Translations under genes and position numbers: made by a program
The notes under the pieces: model-generated
Told to the model about the DNA's origin: nothing
Databases searched by the model: none
The model's input: only the letters and a program-made list of their open reading frames with translations
Assembly: GCA_045615665.1 (NCBI GenBank)
Contig: JAZLFJ010000008.1
Location: 5,254-69,253, forward strand
Direction of reading: 5' to 3'
Length of the DNA stretch: 64,000 bases
Source of the DNA: Bacilli bacterium
Lineage (GTDB): Bacteria; Bacillota_I; Bacilli_A; RFN20; CAG-826
Shown here: positions 30,864 to 39,125 of the stretch, one piece after another
Layout of the letters: every line of letters begins with the position of its first letter
Position numbering within the stretch: position 1 is the first letter of the stretch

Positions 30864-31763
30864 ATGGTTGATATAATCATCGTTGGTGGTGGACCATCAG
30901 GAATGAGCGCGGCGCTATATGCGCTTCGCTCAAATAAATCCGTTCTCGTTTTAGAGAAGGAAAACTTTGGTGGACAAATTGCAAACTCTCCTAGAGTCGA
31001 AAACTATCCTTCAATAAAAGAAATATCTGGTTTGGATTTATCAGATAGAATGTTTGAACAAATCACCGATCTTGGTGCTCAGTTCGAACTTGAAGATGTT
31101 TTAAAGATTGAAAAAGTTGAAGATATGTTTGTTGTAACCACTAACTATCGAACATATGAATCTAGAGTCGTAATTATCGCTAACGGAGTTAAACACCGCT
31201 TAATGAATCTTCCTAACGAAGAAAATCTCATTGGTAATGGTGTTAGCTTCTGCGCTGTGTGCGATGGACCAATGTACAAGGGCAAAGAAGTATATTTAAT
31301 CGGCGATGCTAATACGGCGCTTCAATATGCGCTTCTATTAGCAAATTACTGCACTAAAGTTCATATGTTCACGTTATTTGATAAATTCTTTGGTGATAAG
31401 ATTTTAATCGATAGATTATTAAGCAAAGAAAGCATTATTGTTAAACAAAACATGAATCTTGTTCAATATTTAGGCGAAGATAAACTCGAAGGACTTGTGT
31501 TTGAAAACACTAAGACCAAAGAGAAGAGCGAATATCGCACCGATAACGTCTTTGTGGCGATTGGACAAATTCCAAACAATGAAAAATTTGCCAATCTAGT
31601 CGATTTAGAAAATGGATATATTGTCACTGACGACGCCATGTGCACCAAAACCCCAGGCGTTTATGCGTGCGGTGACACTAGAAAAAAAGAAACACGCCAA
31701 GTTGTTACGGCGTGCAATGATGGAGCGATTGCTGCGCTAAGCGCAGTTAAATATTTGGGTTAA
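30864..31763 (+). CDS. Thioredoxin-reductase-like flavoprotein (CAVC) lacking canonical NADPH-binding motifs
   Basis: 299 aa with FAD motif VGGGPSG and redox pair FCAVCDG. It has GDANTA where TrxB has GGGxxA, and HMFTLFDKFFG where TrxB has HxxHRRxxFRA. It starts 1 nt after the nrdD stop. Confidence 0.75.
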   Translation: MVDIIIVGGGPSGMSAALYALRSNKSVLVLEKENFGGQIANSPRVENYPSIKEISGLDLSDRMFEQITDLGAQFELEDVLKIEKVEDMFVVTTNYRTYESRVVIIANGVKHRLMNLPNEENLIGNGVSFCAVCDGPMYKGKEVYLIGDANTALQYALLLANYCTKVHMFTLFDKFFGDKILIDRLLSKESIIVKQNMNLVQYLGEDKLEGLVFENTKTKEKSEYRTDNVFVAIGQIPNNEKFANLVDLENGYIVTDDAMCTKTPGVYACGDTRKKETRQVVTACNDGAIAALSAVKYLG

Positions 31764-32446
31764 TAACCTCTAAGTTCTACGTTTAATACGTAACTAGCTA
31801 AAATATCCTTATATGATAAAGCCCAAACCTGTTCAACCGGGTGGAGGCCTTTTTTAATTACGCCTTCGCGGTCTACGAATTTCTGTAAGAAAAGTTTTTT
31901 AGCGCCTTTAATAAGTTTACCCATTTCTTTAATTGATTCTTCAGAATGATATTCTGCCACCAATGTGGTTCTAAATTCATAATCTATTCCTGAATTCATA
32001 ATGATGGAAATAGATTGTTTAATTTTATCCAATTGAGGGTTTTTAACACCAGTTGTTTCCGGATAGATTTTCTCACTGTTTTTAATATCCATTGCAACGT
32101 AATTTATCAGGTCTTTGCGGAGTAATTCGCCTAAAACATCAGGATTTGTACCATTCGTATCCAGTTTAATTTTAAAACCTAATTCTTTAATTTTTTCAAT
32201 CTTTATAACGACATCATCCATAAGTGTTGGTTCTCCGCCTGAAACGACAACAGCATCGATTAAACCAACTCTAGTTTTTAAAAAAGATAGTATCTCATCG
32301 AAAGGAATTGAAAAATGGCTTCCTAATACTGAATCGCCGTTATGACAAAATGGACAACGATAATTACATGTGGGTGCGAATAAAACAACTGATACATTTT
32401 CATCGTAATCAAGTAATGAGAATTTATCTATTCCTACGAAATCCAT
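31760..32446 (-). CDS. nrdG: Anaerobic RNR activating protein (radical SAM)
   Basis: 228 aa with the CNYRCPFCHN cluster motif and GGEPTL. Confidence 0.85.
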   Translation of the reverse strand: MDFVGIDKFSLLDYDENVSVVLFAPTCNYRCPFCHNGDSVLGSHFSIPFDEILSFLKTRVGLIDAVVVSGGEPTLMDDVVIKIEKIKELGFKIKLDTNGTNPDVLGELLRKDLINYVAMDIKNSEKIYPETTGVKNPQLDKIKQSISIIMNSGIDYEFRTTLVAEYHSEESIKEMGKLIKGAKKLFLQKFVDREGVIKKGLHPVEQVWALSYKDILASYVLNVELRGY

Positions 32447-32452
32447 GCTTTA

Positions 32453-32458
32453 ATTATA
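32453..32458 (-). promoter_or_regulatory. Candidate -10 box (TATAAT on the minus strand), 6 nt before the nrdG ATG
   Basis: The minus-strand sequence reads tttATAAT... as TATAAT-taaagc-ATG, with no SD. Confidence 0.4.
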
Positions 32459-32499
32459 AATTAAATTATCAAAAATTCTATATAATGACACGATTTGTT

Positions 32500-32508
32500 T
32501 GTTATAAT
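32500..32508 (+). promoter_or_regulatory. Extended -10 promoter TGtTATAAT, 6 nt before the folD ATG
   Basis: Exact TGnTATAAT. The A of the ATG (32515) sits at the expected +1. Confidence 0.5.
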
Positions 32509-32514
32509 GCTTTT

Positions 32515-33303
32515 ATGACCATTAAAGAATACATAAAAACACGTAAAGAAGAACTTAAAAAGGAAATTGCTTCGATGGAAGTGGTTCCTAATTTTGTGAT
32601 TGTCCAGCTAAATGAGGATGATGCGAGTAACGCTTATGTTCGCGGCAAACTTAAAGATGCTGCCGAACTAGGAATTAACGCAAAACTTATCAAATTAGAT
32701 ATTTCAACAAGCGAAGCAGAACTCTTAAAACTCATTGATAAACTGAATAACGATAAAGCTGTGGATGGTTTTATTGTCCAAATGCCTCTTCCAAAACAAA
32801 TAAATGAAGAAACAATCAAACTTGCGATCTCCCCGGATAAAGACGTCGACGGTTTTCATCCATTAAGTAAGCTAAATCCCTGCACTCCTCATGGAATTAT
32901 GAATTATTTAAAACACGAAGGAGTAGAATTTTTGGGAAAAAATGCTGTAGTGATTGGAAGAAGCAATATTGTAGGAAAACCTATGGCAAAACTCCTATTA
33001 AAAGAGAGTTGCAACGTAACTGTGCTTCACTCCAAAACATCTTTCGATGATATGTATCGCTACTTAGAAAATGCTGATATCGTCGTCGTAGCGGTTGGCC
33101 GCAAATTCTTGATTGATGATAAGTTTAAATTTAAACCATCTGCAATTCTCGTAGATGTTGGAATTAACCGCGATGAAAATGGGCTCCATGGAGATATTCT
33201 TCCAGATCGCTCAGTCAAATTTCAAACCCCTGTTCCTGGTGGAGTGGGGCTATTAACAAGACTTGCGTTAATGGAAAACGTTCTTAAAATAAAAAGACCT
33301 TAA
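32515..33303 (+). CDS. folD: Bifunctional methylene-THF dehydrogenase/methenyl-THF cyclohydrolase
   Basis: YVRGK, DGFIVQMPLP, DVDGFHP, GRSNIVGKPMA and PVPGGVG are present. The ORF-track start at 32308 overlaps nrdG and is not credible, so I chose the start at MTIKEY. Confidence 0.9.
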   Translation: MTIKEYIKTRKEELKKEIASMEVVPNFVIVQLNEDDASNAYVRGKLKDAAELGINAKLIKLDISTSEAELLKLIDKLNNDKAVDGFIVQMPLPKQINEETIKLAISPDKDVDGFHPLSKLNPCTPHGIMNYLKHEGVEFLGKNAVVIGRSNIVGKPMAKLLLKESCNVTVLHSKTSFDDMYRYLENADIVVVAVGRKFLIDDKFKFKPSAILVDVGINRDENGLHGDILPDRSVKFQTPVPGGVGLLTRLALMENVLKIKRP

Positions 33304-33313
33304 GGTCTTTTTT
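33291..33313. terminator. Bidirectional terminator hairpin embedded in two convergent stop codons
   Basis: aaaagacc-ttaa-ggtctttt, flanked by A and T runs. It spans the folD stop (33301-33303) and reaches the lipoprotein stop (33312-33314). Confidence 0.7.
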
Positions 33314-34634
33314 AATACACCATTGGAAGTATGGCTTCAATCGCCATCATTTTCCACAGGTGATTGGATGTGTCGTAACTTCGTATCGAAAAGTAAACTG
33401 TCAACGGATTATTTACACCAACATAAGTGTAGAATGGACAATAGTCTAAATCATCATCGTCAAGACCAGTACAATTGACTAGATAAAATCCTTTAACAGT
33501 TGATGTTGATCCAGCATCAGATAGTGAATCGCCGAAATTATCAACCATTCCAAAGTTATAGGAAGTTGTGATATCTGAGTTATTTGTTACATAACCAGTT
33601 GCTTTATATAGTTTGTAATAATCATCATTTGTAGCAGGGTTATATTTACTCGAAGTTAGATTCCATTTTGCAAAATAAGAAGGAGAAACTTCGGTTGCAT
33701 TACTGATATCAATAGTGGATTCTTCTTCAGCGGTGTGCGAAACATATTTACATTCAATTCCTAAAATTGCAGGAATAGATGTTTTGACTGAAATAATGCC
33801 GATCCAAGTGTAATATTTTCCAACATCTTCTTTGTTAACCATCTTTTTATCATCACCAATAACGGTAACGGTATTTCCATCGGCATCTAGAATCATTGTT
33901 TTCTTATTGGCGTCCGTATATTCGTTTTGAACAACTTGAGAGGTAAATTTAACCAAGTCACCTGAAGCGTGGCCCTTATTATTTAGATGAAGTTGTCCGG
34001 ATTTTGCTTTGATTTCTGCAATTCCTGACACTTCAATAGGTGTTGTTTCAGAATTGTAAGAAAGTGGTGTTCCATCAGGGAAATTCACTACCGTTTGTTG
34101 AGGAGTAAGCGAACTATCATAAACCAATTCTATTCCGTCATCTGTTTCAGCGACTTTGGCAGTCACTGTGTATTCGCTCATATGATATCTATTTGCAAGG
34201 TAGCCTGTGTAACTTCCTGTAGGCACTCTTAAACGAATCATGTCGTCTGCGTCTGCAAAGAACATTAGATCTTCATTTGTCCAGGCAGAATCTCTAAGAT
34301 ATGTAGCTTTAAAACTAACCCTTTCACCAACTTTCTTTTCAGCTTTAATTTGGCTAATTGTTTGTAGGCTAACCGGTGGAGGAGTTTCTGTAGTAGAAGT
34401 ACTAGAGGTACCACTAGTTCCAGATGTTCCGCTTGTTTTAGAAGTGCCGCCAGACGAACCACCCGAAGTTAGAGAAGTCCCGCCACTTGTTGTAGATCTA
34501 GAAGTTGATGATTCTTCGCTAGTTAAAGAGGACTCAATAATCGAGCTACTTTTAGATTTCTTCTTAGAAGGAGAAGTATTGCAACCAGCAATTAATAATG
34601 CGGGAATTAATAAAATTAATAACGACTTTTTCAT
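33312..34634 (-). CDS. Surface lipoprotein with a Ser/Thr/Gly-rich linker; globular part of unknown function
   Basis: 440 aa. It has the lipobox LIAGC (MKKSLLILLIPALLIAGCNTS), a ~65-aa S/T/G low-complexity linker and a ~350-aa domain. Confidence 0.7.
   Translation of the reverse strand: MKKSLLILLIPALLIAGCNTSPSKKKSKSSSIIESSLTSEESSTSRSTTSGGTSLTSGGSSGGTSKTSGTSGTSGTSSTSTTETPPPVSLQTISQIKAEKKVGERVSFKATYLRDSAWTNEDLMFFADADDMIRLRVPTGSYTGYLANRYHMSEYTVTAKVAETDDGIELVYDSSLTPQQTVVNFPDGTPLSYNSETTPIEVSGIAEIKAKSGQLHLNNKGHASGDLVKFTSQVVQNEYTDANKKTMILDADGNTVTVIGDDKKMVNKEDVGKYYTWIGIISVKTSIPAILGIECKYVSHTAEEESTIDISNATEVSPSYFAKWNLTSSKYNPATNDDYYKLYKATGYVTNNSDITTSYNFGMVDNFGDSLSDAGSTSTVKGFYLVNCTGLDDDDLDYCPFYTYVGVNNPLTVYFSIRSYDTSNHLWKMMAIEAILPMVY
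34380..34571 (-). repeat. Low-complexity Ser/Thr/Gly-coding tract (lipoprotein linker)
   Basis: Encodes SKKKSKSSS...TSGGTSLTSGGSSGGTSKTSGTSGTSGTSSTSTTETPPP and contains short degenerate ACT/AGT/GGT repeats. Confidence 0.6.
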
Positions 34635-34637
34635 AAT

Positions 34638-36623
34638 TTATTCTAATTCAAACGCTCCTGTATAAAGTTGATAGTAATAACCTTTTTTAGCGATTAAATC
34701 ATCATGATTTCCACGTTCAATAATCTTTCCATGGTCCATGACCATAATCGCCTCGGCGTTTTGAATTGTAGACAATCTATGAGCGATGACAAAGACCGTA
34801 CGTCCTGCCATTAATTGATCCATACCTTTTTGAACAAGTCTTTCGGTTCTAGTATCGATTGATGATGTAGCTTCATCGAGAATCATAACAGGTGCGTCCG
34901 CTACAGCGGCACGAGCGATTGAAAGTAATTGTCTTTGTCCTTGAGATAAATTTGCGCCATCGCCAGCAAGCATTGTCTGATAACCTTCTGGTAGACGCAT
35001 AATGAAGTCGTGTGCATTGGCAATTTTAGCAGCTTCAATGCATTCTTCGTCAGTTGCGTCTAATCTTCCATAACGAATGTTATCCATGACAGTACCAGTG
35101 AATAAATTAACATCTTGTAAAACAATGCCTAAAGAACGTCTTAAATCCTCTTTTTTAATTTTGTTAATATTGATTCCGTCATAGCGAACTTTTCCATCGT
35201 TAATTGGATAAAATCTATTGATTAAGTTTGTGATAGTTGTTTTTCCTGCACCAGTTGCACCAACAAGAGCAATCTTTTGGCCTGGATGAGCGTAAATAGA
35301 AACATCTTGTAAAACAAGCTTGGATCCATCATAGGAGAAATCAACGTGGTCTAACAAGATATCTCCTTTAAGTTCGGTATATGTTGTCGTGCCATCCTTA
35401 TGAGGATGCTTCCAAGCGAAGTCTCTGGTTCTTTCGTCAGTTTCGATTAAGTTACCATCTTTATCTTTTTTGATATGCACTAAAGTGACATAACCTTCAT
35501 CTTTTTCGGGTTTTTCATCAATTAAATCGAAGCAGCGAGAAGCACCAGCCATACCCATGACAATAAAGGTGATTTGTTGTGAAAAGTTATTGACGTTATT
35601 CGCAAACATCCTTGTCATCATTAAGAAAGAAATAACAATTCCCCAGAATGTCGATATTGAAATTGGTGATAATCCTTCTAATAAAGACAAGTTATAGAAA
35701 CCTGGTACAACTAACATTAAGAAGGCAACAACAGCAGTTAAGACATACATGAAGTTACCAATATTCATGTTAATTGGACCAGTGATATTACCATGTATAT
35801 TTGCAGTGGTGGAATAATCTTTTAATTGATCATTGATTTCATCAAATTGTTTGGTGGATTCTTCTTCGTGAGTGAAGACTTTAATAACCTTTAATCCATT
35901 AATGGATTCTTGAATGTTTCCTTCTACGACAGCGACTTGTTTTTGTTGCTTAATAAAGTATTTACCAGCGCGCCCACCGATAACTTTAATAACGTAGAAC
36001 ATAGCAGCGGCAAACACGATTGTAACTAAAGTTAACCAGACTGAATTCATGAGCATTGCGGCAAAACAGAAGATGACCGCCAAACCAGCTTGTAACATTG
36101 TTGGAAGAGCTTGTGAAATGAATTGACGAATCGTATCGATGTCATTTGTAAATAGTGACATGATCTCACCATACTTATGAGTGTCGAAATATTTAATTGG
36201 TAAATCTTGAAGGTGATTAAACATTTCCTTACGGAATCTATTCATATATTGTTGAGTGACAATCGCCATCGTGCGGTTCCACCACCAAGCAGCAAAGATA
36301 CCAAAAGCATAAATGATTCCCATTGTTAGCAATAGGTAAGTAACATTTGTATTTAAAGAAATACCCATCGCTTTGATTTGGTATGTTCCGATAAATGGAT
36401 TAGATGGACCTGCGCCCGGCATTTCCGGAGAAACAGCAGTTTTGATACAAACAGTCACAAAGTTAGCGAATATCGATGAAGATAAGTTTGCAAAGACATT
36501 GAAAACAATACAGAAAATAGCGAACGATAAACGAATTGGATAAAGTTTAAAAAGAGTTCTAAGCAAACGCTTAACTGTACCTTTTTTGGCTCTTGCTCTT
36601 TCTTTTATTCTCATCGGTGGCAT
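34638..36623 (-). CDS. ABC exporter, fused permease/ATPase (heterodimer subunit)
   Basis: 661 aa with a 6-TM domain, then Walker A GATGAGKTT, signature LSQGQRQ and Walker B ILDEATS. Confidence 0.85.
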   Translation of the reverse strand: MPPMRIKERARAKKGTVKRLLRTLFKLYPIRLSFAIFCIVFNVFANLSSSIFANFVTVCIKTAVSPEMPGAGPSNPFIGTYQIKAMGISLNTNVTYLLLTMGIIYAFGIFAAWWWNRTMAIVTQQYMNRFRKEMFNHLQDLPIKYFDTHKYGEIMSLFTNDIDTIRQFISQALPTMLQAGLAVIFCFAAMLMNSVWLTLVTIVFAAAMFYVIKVIGGRAGKYFIKQQKQVAVVEGNIQESINGLKVIKVFTHEEESTKQFDEINDQLKDYSTTANIHGNITGPINMNIGNFMYVLTAVVAFLMLVVPGFYNLSLLEGLSPISISTFWGIVISFLMMTRMFANNVNNFSQQITFIVMGMAGASRCFDLIDEKPEKDEGYVTLVHIKKDKDGNLIETDERTRDFAWKHPHKDGTTTYTELKGDILLDHVDFSYDGSKLVLQDVSIYAHPGQKIALVGATGAGKTTITNLINRFYPINDGKVRYDGININKIKKEDLRRSLGIVLQDVNLFTGTVMDNIRYGRLDATDEECIEAAKIANAHDFIMRLPEGYQTMLAGDGANLSQGQRQLLSIARAAVADAPVMILDEATSSIDTRTERLVQKGMDQLMAGRTVFVIAHRLSTIQNAEAIMVMDHGKIIERGNHDDLIAKKGYYYQLYTGAFELE

Positions 36624-38485
36624 TATTTATTACCTCCAATTCGATTTTGAGACATATAAACTTCTTTATAAATTTCACATGATTCAAGAAGTTCATTATG
36701 CGTTCCGATTGCGTTGATTTTTCCATCGTCTAAAACGACGATCAAATCAGCATCTTCAATAGAAGATATACGCTGAGCTATGACAATCTTAGTCATTTCG
36801 GGAAGATCATTTTTCAAACCTTTTCGAATTAATTTATCAGTTTTGGTATCAACCGCTGAGGTTGAATCATCAAGAATCATAATTTTTGGTTTCTTCAAAA
36901 TCGCCCTAGCGATACAAAGTCTTTGTTTTTGCCCGCCAGAGAAATTCGCTCCACCTTGTTCGACAACTGAATCAAAGCCTTCTGGTTTTGTTTCAACGAT
37001 TTCCATTGCTCGGCAAATCTTACAAGCATGTTTCATTTCTTCTTCGGTGGCGTCTTTATTTCCCCAGCGGAGATTAGAGGCGATTGTGCCAGAAAATAAA
37101 ACGTTCTTTTGTAAAACAACTGCGACGTTATCTCTTAAAACTTTAAGGTCATAATTTCGAACATCTTCATCGCCGACTAGTATTGAACCTTCGCTGACAT
37201 CATAAAGACGACTAATCAAGTTAACTAAGCTAGTCTTGCCTGAACCGGTCGAACCTAAAATACCGACAAATTGTCCAGATTTAATCTTAAGATTAATATT
37301 GGATAAGGCGCATCTTTCGGCAGTTTCTTTATATTTAAAGGAGACATTTTTAAATTCAATATCTCCATTTTTAACTTCGTAGATAGGATTTTCTGGATTC
37401 TTAATAGTGGGCTCTTCTTGTAGAACTTCCGCGATACGTCTAATTGCTTCTAAAGACATGACAAGCATGACCATGATCATCGAAATCATCATGACAGACA
37501 TTAAAATTTGAATACCGTATGTGATTAATGATGACATTTGTCCAACGGTTAATTTTGCCCAGTAATTTGAATCGATTGTCGATTGATAGATGATATATGA
37601 GCCTAAACCGATAACAACGATATTTGAAACGTGAATAGTGGTGTTTAATAACGGGCTATTGAGAGCGACAATTTTTTCAGCTGTGACAAAGTCACCGGTC
37701 ATATTATCTGAAGCAGTATTGAATTTTTGTTTTTCGTAATCTTCACGAACATATGATTTAACAACGCGAATGCCAGAAACGTTTTCTTCGACAGATTCAT
37801 TGAGTTTGTCGTAACGTTTAAAGACTCTTAAGAAAATCTTCATTGCTTTGCGGATGATGAGGAATAAACCAAATGCAATAATTGGGACTAGCACCACAAA
37901 GATGGTTGCCATAATTCCTCCAGCAATAAATGCCATTACGGCAGAGAATATCATCATGAGTGGAGCACGAATAACGATTCGAATTAACATTTGGAATGCC
38001 ATTTGCACATTCGAAACATCGGTAGTCATTCTTGTTACTAAAGATGCACTAGAGAATTTATCAATATTTGCAAATGAGAAGGATTGAATTTTCTTATATA
38101 AATCACTTCTTAAATTTGTAGCCATTCCAACGGAAGCTTTGGCGGCAGTTCTTCCCCCAAGAATACCGCATGTTAAAGATAAACCTGCTAAAACAATTAA
38201 CGTAATCATTAGACCAAAAACAGTTACGTTCATGGTAAGGCCTAAAGTTTCGTTAATGTATGGAGTGGATCTAAAGATATCGCTTAAAGTATTGATAGTT
38301 CTTTCTTTTGGGAGGCCTTTATAGGTGGTAGAAATACCATAATCAACAGTGTCAATTAAAGCCGACATAAGGAATGGCATAACGCATTCAATAAGAGCTT
38401 CGAAAAGCATAAAAATAGGCGTTATGATAGCGTATTTTTTATATTGCCTTACACTTTTTAAAATTAACTTAATTTTCTGCCACAT
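36623..38485 (-). CDS. ABC exporter, fused permease/ATPase (heterodimer subunit)
   Basis: Walker A GSTGSGKTS, signature FSGGQKQR and Walker B ILDDSTS. I chose the ATG at 38485 (MWQKIKL). The ORF-track start at 38515 is a TTG that contains a TATAAT box at 38509-38504. Confidence 0.8.
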   Translation of the reverse strand: MWQKIKLILKSVRQYKKYAIITPIFMLFEALIECVMPFLMSALIDTVDYGISTTYKGLPKERTINTLSDIFRSTPYINETLGLTMNVTVFGLMITLIVLAGLSLTCGILGGRTAAKASVGMATNLRSDLYKKIQSFSFANIDKFSSASLVTRMTTDVSNVQMAFQMLIRIVIRAPLMMIFSAVMAFIAGGIMATIFVVLVPIIAFGLFLIIRKAMKIFLRVFKRYDKLNESVEENVSGIRVVKSYVREDYEKQKFNTASDNMTGDFVTAEKIVALNSPLLNTTIHVSNIVVIGLGSYIIYQSTIDSNYWAKLTVGQMSSLITYGIQILMSVMMISMIMVMLVMSLEAIRRIAEVLQEEPTIKNPENPIYEVKNGDIEFKNVSFKYKETAERCALSNINLKIKSGQFVGILGSTGSGKTSLVNLISRLYDVSEGSILVGDEDVRNYDLKVLRDNVAVVLQKNVLFSGTIASNLRWGNKDATEEEMKHACKICRAMEIVETKPEGFDSVVEQGGANFSGGQKQRLCIARAILKKPKIMILDDSTSAVDTKTDKLIRKGLKNDLPEMTKIVIAQRISSIEDADLIVVLDDGKINAIGTHNELLESCEIYKEVYMSQNRIGGNK

Positions 38486-38576
38486 AAAAATCGATGCTAA
38501 ATCATTATAAAACAATAAATAAATTTAACAATTCAAAATTTAAATTTTGTATCTGATTCTATATAATATTTAAAGG

Positions 38577-39125
38577 ATGAATGGAAGAGTGTCCAAAAGA
38601 ATAACCCAAATAATTTATGTTTTCTCGATTGTTTTTTATCTAACAATTGGAACGGTAGCTTTCGTGTTCGCTAAACCTGAAAATGGTGGAAATGTGAATT
38701 TTCTTGGAACTTTAATTTTATTAAGCAGTGTTCCTCATCTTTTAATTTATCTAATTCATAGAGATAGGCAATCCTATCTAATTATTGGTTTGGTTGGCAT
38801 CGTTTTTGGGACAATTATCTTGTCAACAAATGTTTTTGACCCAGATATTGTCTGTATGGTTTGGGGCGCTATCGACATATGCCGAGGCGCAACCGAAATC
38901 ATTGTTGTCGCGCCACAGATTAAGCATAATAAGTTTGAATTCATCGAAATTGCTGTTTCACTTGGCGATATTGGAATCGGTATTTTGCTTTGCGTCCATA
39001 TGTCGGATGGCATCGTGCTTCACTTAGTTTATTTAGGAATTGAATTTATAATTAGCGCTGCTAAAAATATCGCTGATTATTTCATTGAGAAGAAAAGGTA
39101 TGCTAAAAGGACTGATAATAACTAA
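38577..39125 (+). CDS. Hypothetical membrane protein (about 5 TM)
   Basis: 182-aa hydrophobic ORF whose 3' end overlaps the next gene. Confidence 0.5.
   Translation: MNGRVSKRITQIIYVFSIVFYLTIGTVAFVFAKPENGGNVNFLGTLILLSSVPHLLIYLIHRDRQSYLIIGLVGIVFGTIILSTNVFDPDIVCMVWGAIDICRGATEIIVVAPQIKHNKFEFIEIAVSLGDIGIGILLCVHMSDGIVLHLVYLGIEFIISAAKNIADYFIEKKRYAKRTDNN

Noticed and set aside
32308-32514. ORF-track N-terminal extension of folD (331-aa version). Similar upstream extensions occur at 19117 (gatA), 20586 (gatB), 43455 (pip), 45396 (pepC), 46715 (gpmA), 51047 (queH), 56324 (rpsS), 57779 (rplP), 59328 (rplX), 61014 (rplF) and 38515 (ABC).
   Set aside because: The extensions overlap the preceding gene, a terminator or a promoter box. 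They lack similarity to the family N-termini, and an internal ATG with a proper SD or -10 context matches the conserved protein start.
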